From: Yuukianura sp. NJ FZ-2021
Lineage: Eukaryota
Length of the DNA: 64,000 nt
Direction of reading: 5' to 3'
Assembly (NCBI GenBank): GCA_046563655.1
Contig: CM102285.1
Coordinates: forward strand, 9,672,001 to 9,736,000
The position numbers were made by a program, and so were the translations under genes. This document shows, piece after piece, positions 62,554 to 64,000 of this stretch (the first letter of the stretch is position 1; the number at the start of each line of letters is the position of its first letter). The notes below the pieces were generated by a model. That model worked only from the letters and a program-made list of their open reading frames with translations. It ran no database searches and was not told the DNA's origin.

Positions 62554-64000
62554 ATGGCTGACTCGGGAGAAGCCGTGTTATCCAAAGGGTAAATTATCGT
62601 TTGGCTTTTCTTATTTTATGGAATTTATTCGTAGACGTAAATGGCAGCGTTTTAAGTACTAATTTAGGACATAATATCTCCAGGCAAATGTGGGTACTAG
62701 AGTTAGGCAGAGGGCTACTTATTGTATTAGGACAGGAGGGGAAGTCACCGATTTTTTTAAAGTGAAATACAAAGCATTAATTCTTCAGTAGTACGGCAGG
62801 GGCAGACTTCAAATTTTTGTTGATGGTTTTCACATTTTGATACGCGAATTCAGTACAAGAAGTTGAGTCGATTTTGGTTTTCTTAGATAACGGAATTCGA
62901 GAATCCCCCGGAATCAATAATAATCAAACGGGAGATGATGATTGCACTTCGAATCCGAAATAGTGTAGTGTCCACCGTTTTTCAAACTGCTCGACTCAAA
63001 GTTCCATTTTTAAAAACAGGGCCGACCTCTACGAATTCTACACAATTGTCTTATGCCATTTTGCGTCACATGAGGTAAAGAGGAACGCCTGTTTTGTATA
63101 AAAATCATAGGAAGTATTAAAATAATCCTAGTCGTTAACTCCTTCCCTTTGTTTGGGTTGTCAAATTTCTCAAAATCTGCAGAGTTATTCTACATGTTAA
63201 TTTCTGAACATTTTAGGTAGTAACCAATGCTCTAAGGTTATTTTCGAGTTATTTCCCGATGCTTGTCACAGTTTCACAGTTTTGACTTCTTTTATTTCAG
63301 TGAGCAGAAACGTCGAGCCAAGGCAGCACAGAAAGCCAAGGAAAAGGAGGAGAAAGAACTGCAACGGCAGCAAGCATCCAATAACAGCACTGACGTTGCA
63401 GTGCCTCAAGAAAAGCCCAAAGCCAAGAAGGATCAGGAAGCTGACGAAGCTAATCCACATGTAAATACCGAACCTCTTTCCAAATGTGGATGACTTTTCT
63501 ATGTTTTAGTTAAACGATTCTTATTTGTTCTTCTGTAGGAATATCACAGACTACGTCTCCAGTACCTTCAGCAACTGAAAGACAACGGGGAAAATCCATA
63601 TCCCCACAAATTCCATGTAACAATTTCACTTGAAGAGTTCATTGAGAAGTACAAAAACATCAATAATGGTGACATACTCGAAAATGAATCTTACAGCATC
63701 GCAGGTTAGTTGTGTACCTTCTGCAGCAAACCAATATCTAAGACATATCTAAATGTTGAACGTTTTTAACAGGTCGAGTACATTCGATTAGAGAATCTGG
63801 TCCGAAATTAATTTTCATTGACGTAAGAGGGGAAGGCGTGAAGCTGCAAGTTATGGCGAACGCAAAATTTTATCCGTCTCAAGAACACTTTGAGTTGGTT
63901 ATGGAGAGAATGCGGCGTGGAGACATCGTTGGATTCACAGGGCATCCAGCTAAGACAAAAAAGGTTCGCCAGCATCCAGCATTCGCATGAGTAGTTCTGG
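62554..64000 (+). CDS. LysRS: Lysyl-tRNA synthetase (class II), 5' part; truncated by window end
   Basis: MADSGEAVLSK|EQKRRAKA; NPYPHKFHVTISLEEFIEKY; AGRVHSIRESGPKLIFIDVRGEGVKLQVMAN; RRGDIVG..GHPAKTKKG. Confidence 0.95.

Noticed and set aside
62936..63210. Possible box C/D snoRNA in LysRS intron 1 (ATGATGA)
   Set aside because: No CTGA box D or terminal stem at a suitable distance.
1..64000. Prokaryotic features (CRISPR arrays, operons), tRNA/rRNA genes, autonomous transposons, clear bacterial HGT genes
   Set aside because: The sequence is intron-rich eukaryotic DNA. I saw no repeat-spacer array, cloverleaf, rRNA, transposase/RT ORF or bacterial-like gene.

Overview
This is gene-dense, AT-rich eukaryotic DNA with many short GT-AG introns. 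Gene content points to an arthropod, plausibly a compact-genome hexapod such as a springtail (inference only). About 19 protein-coding genes can be read. In order: the last exon of a C2-domain (synaptotagmin-like) gene, a TSP1+trypsin-like serine protease, ppan, a 2-Ig lachesin-like protein, a small membrane orphan, mitochondrial RRF, a brinker-like factor, APT1/LYPLA, PCIF1, EPT1/SELENOI, a His-rich secreted orphan, an SLC35G/EamA transporter, an acidic orphan, a large secreted orphan, SAPCD2-like, PHLPP-like, a CAP/CRISP protein and lysyl-tRNA synthetase (truncated by the window end). Several MITE-like inverted-repeat elements are also present. Three observations stand out. (1) The EPT1/SELENOI stop is a TGA-CTA at the position of vertebrate SELENOI selenocysteine (NTD-TGA-L vs NSD-U-L), yet no obvious SECIS is visible. 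(2) PCIF1 has HPPL in place of the catalytic NPPF. (3) The PHLPP phosphatase domain is heavily degenerate. Exon boundaries were read by eye and are approximate.
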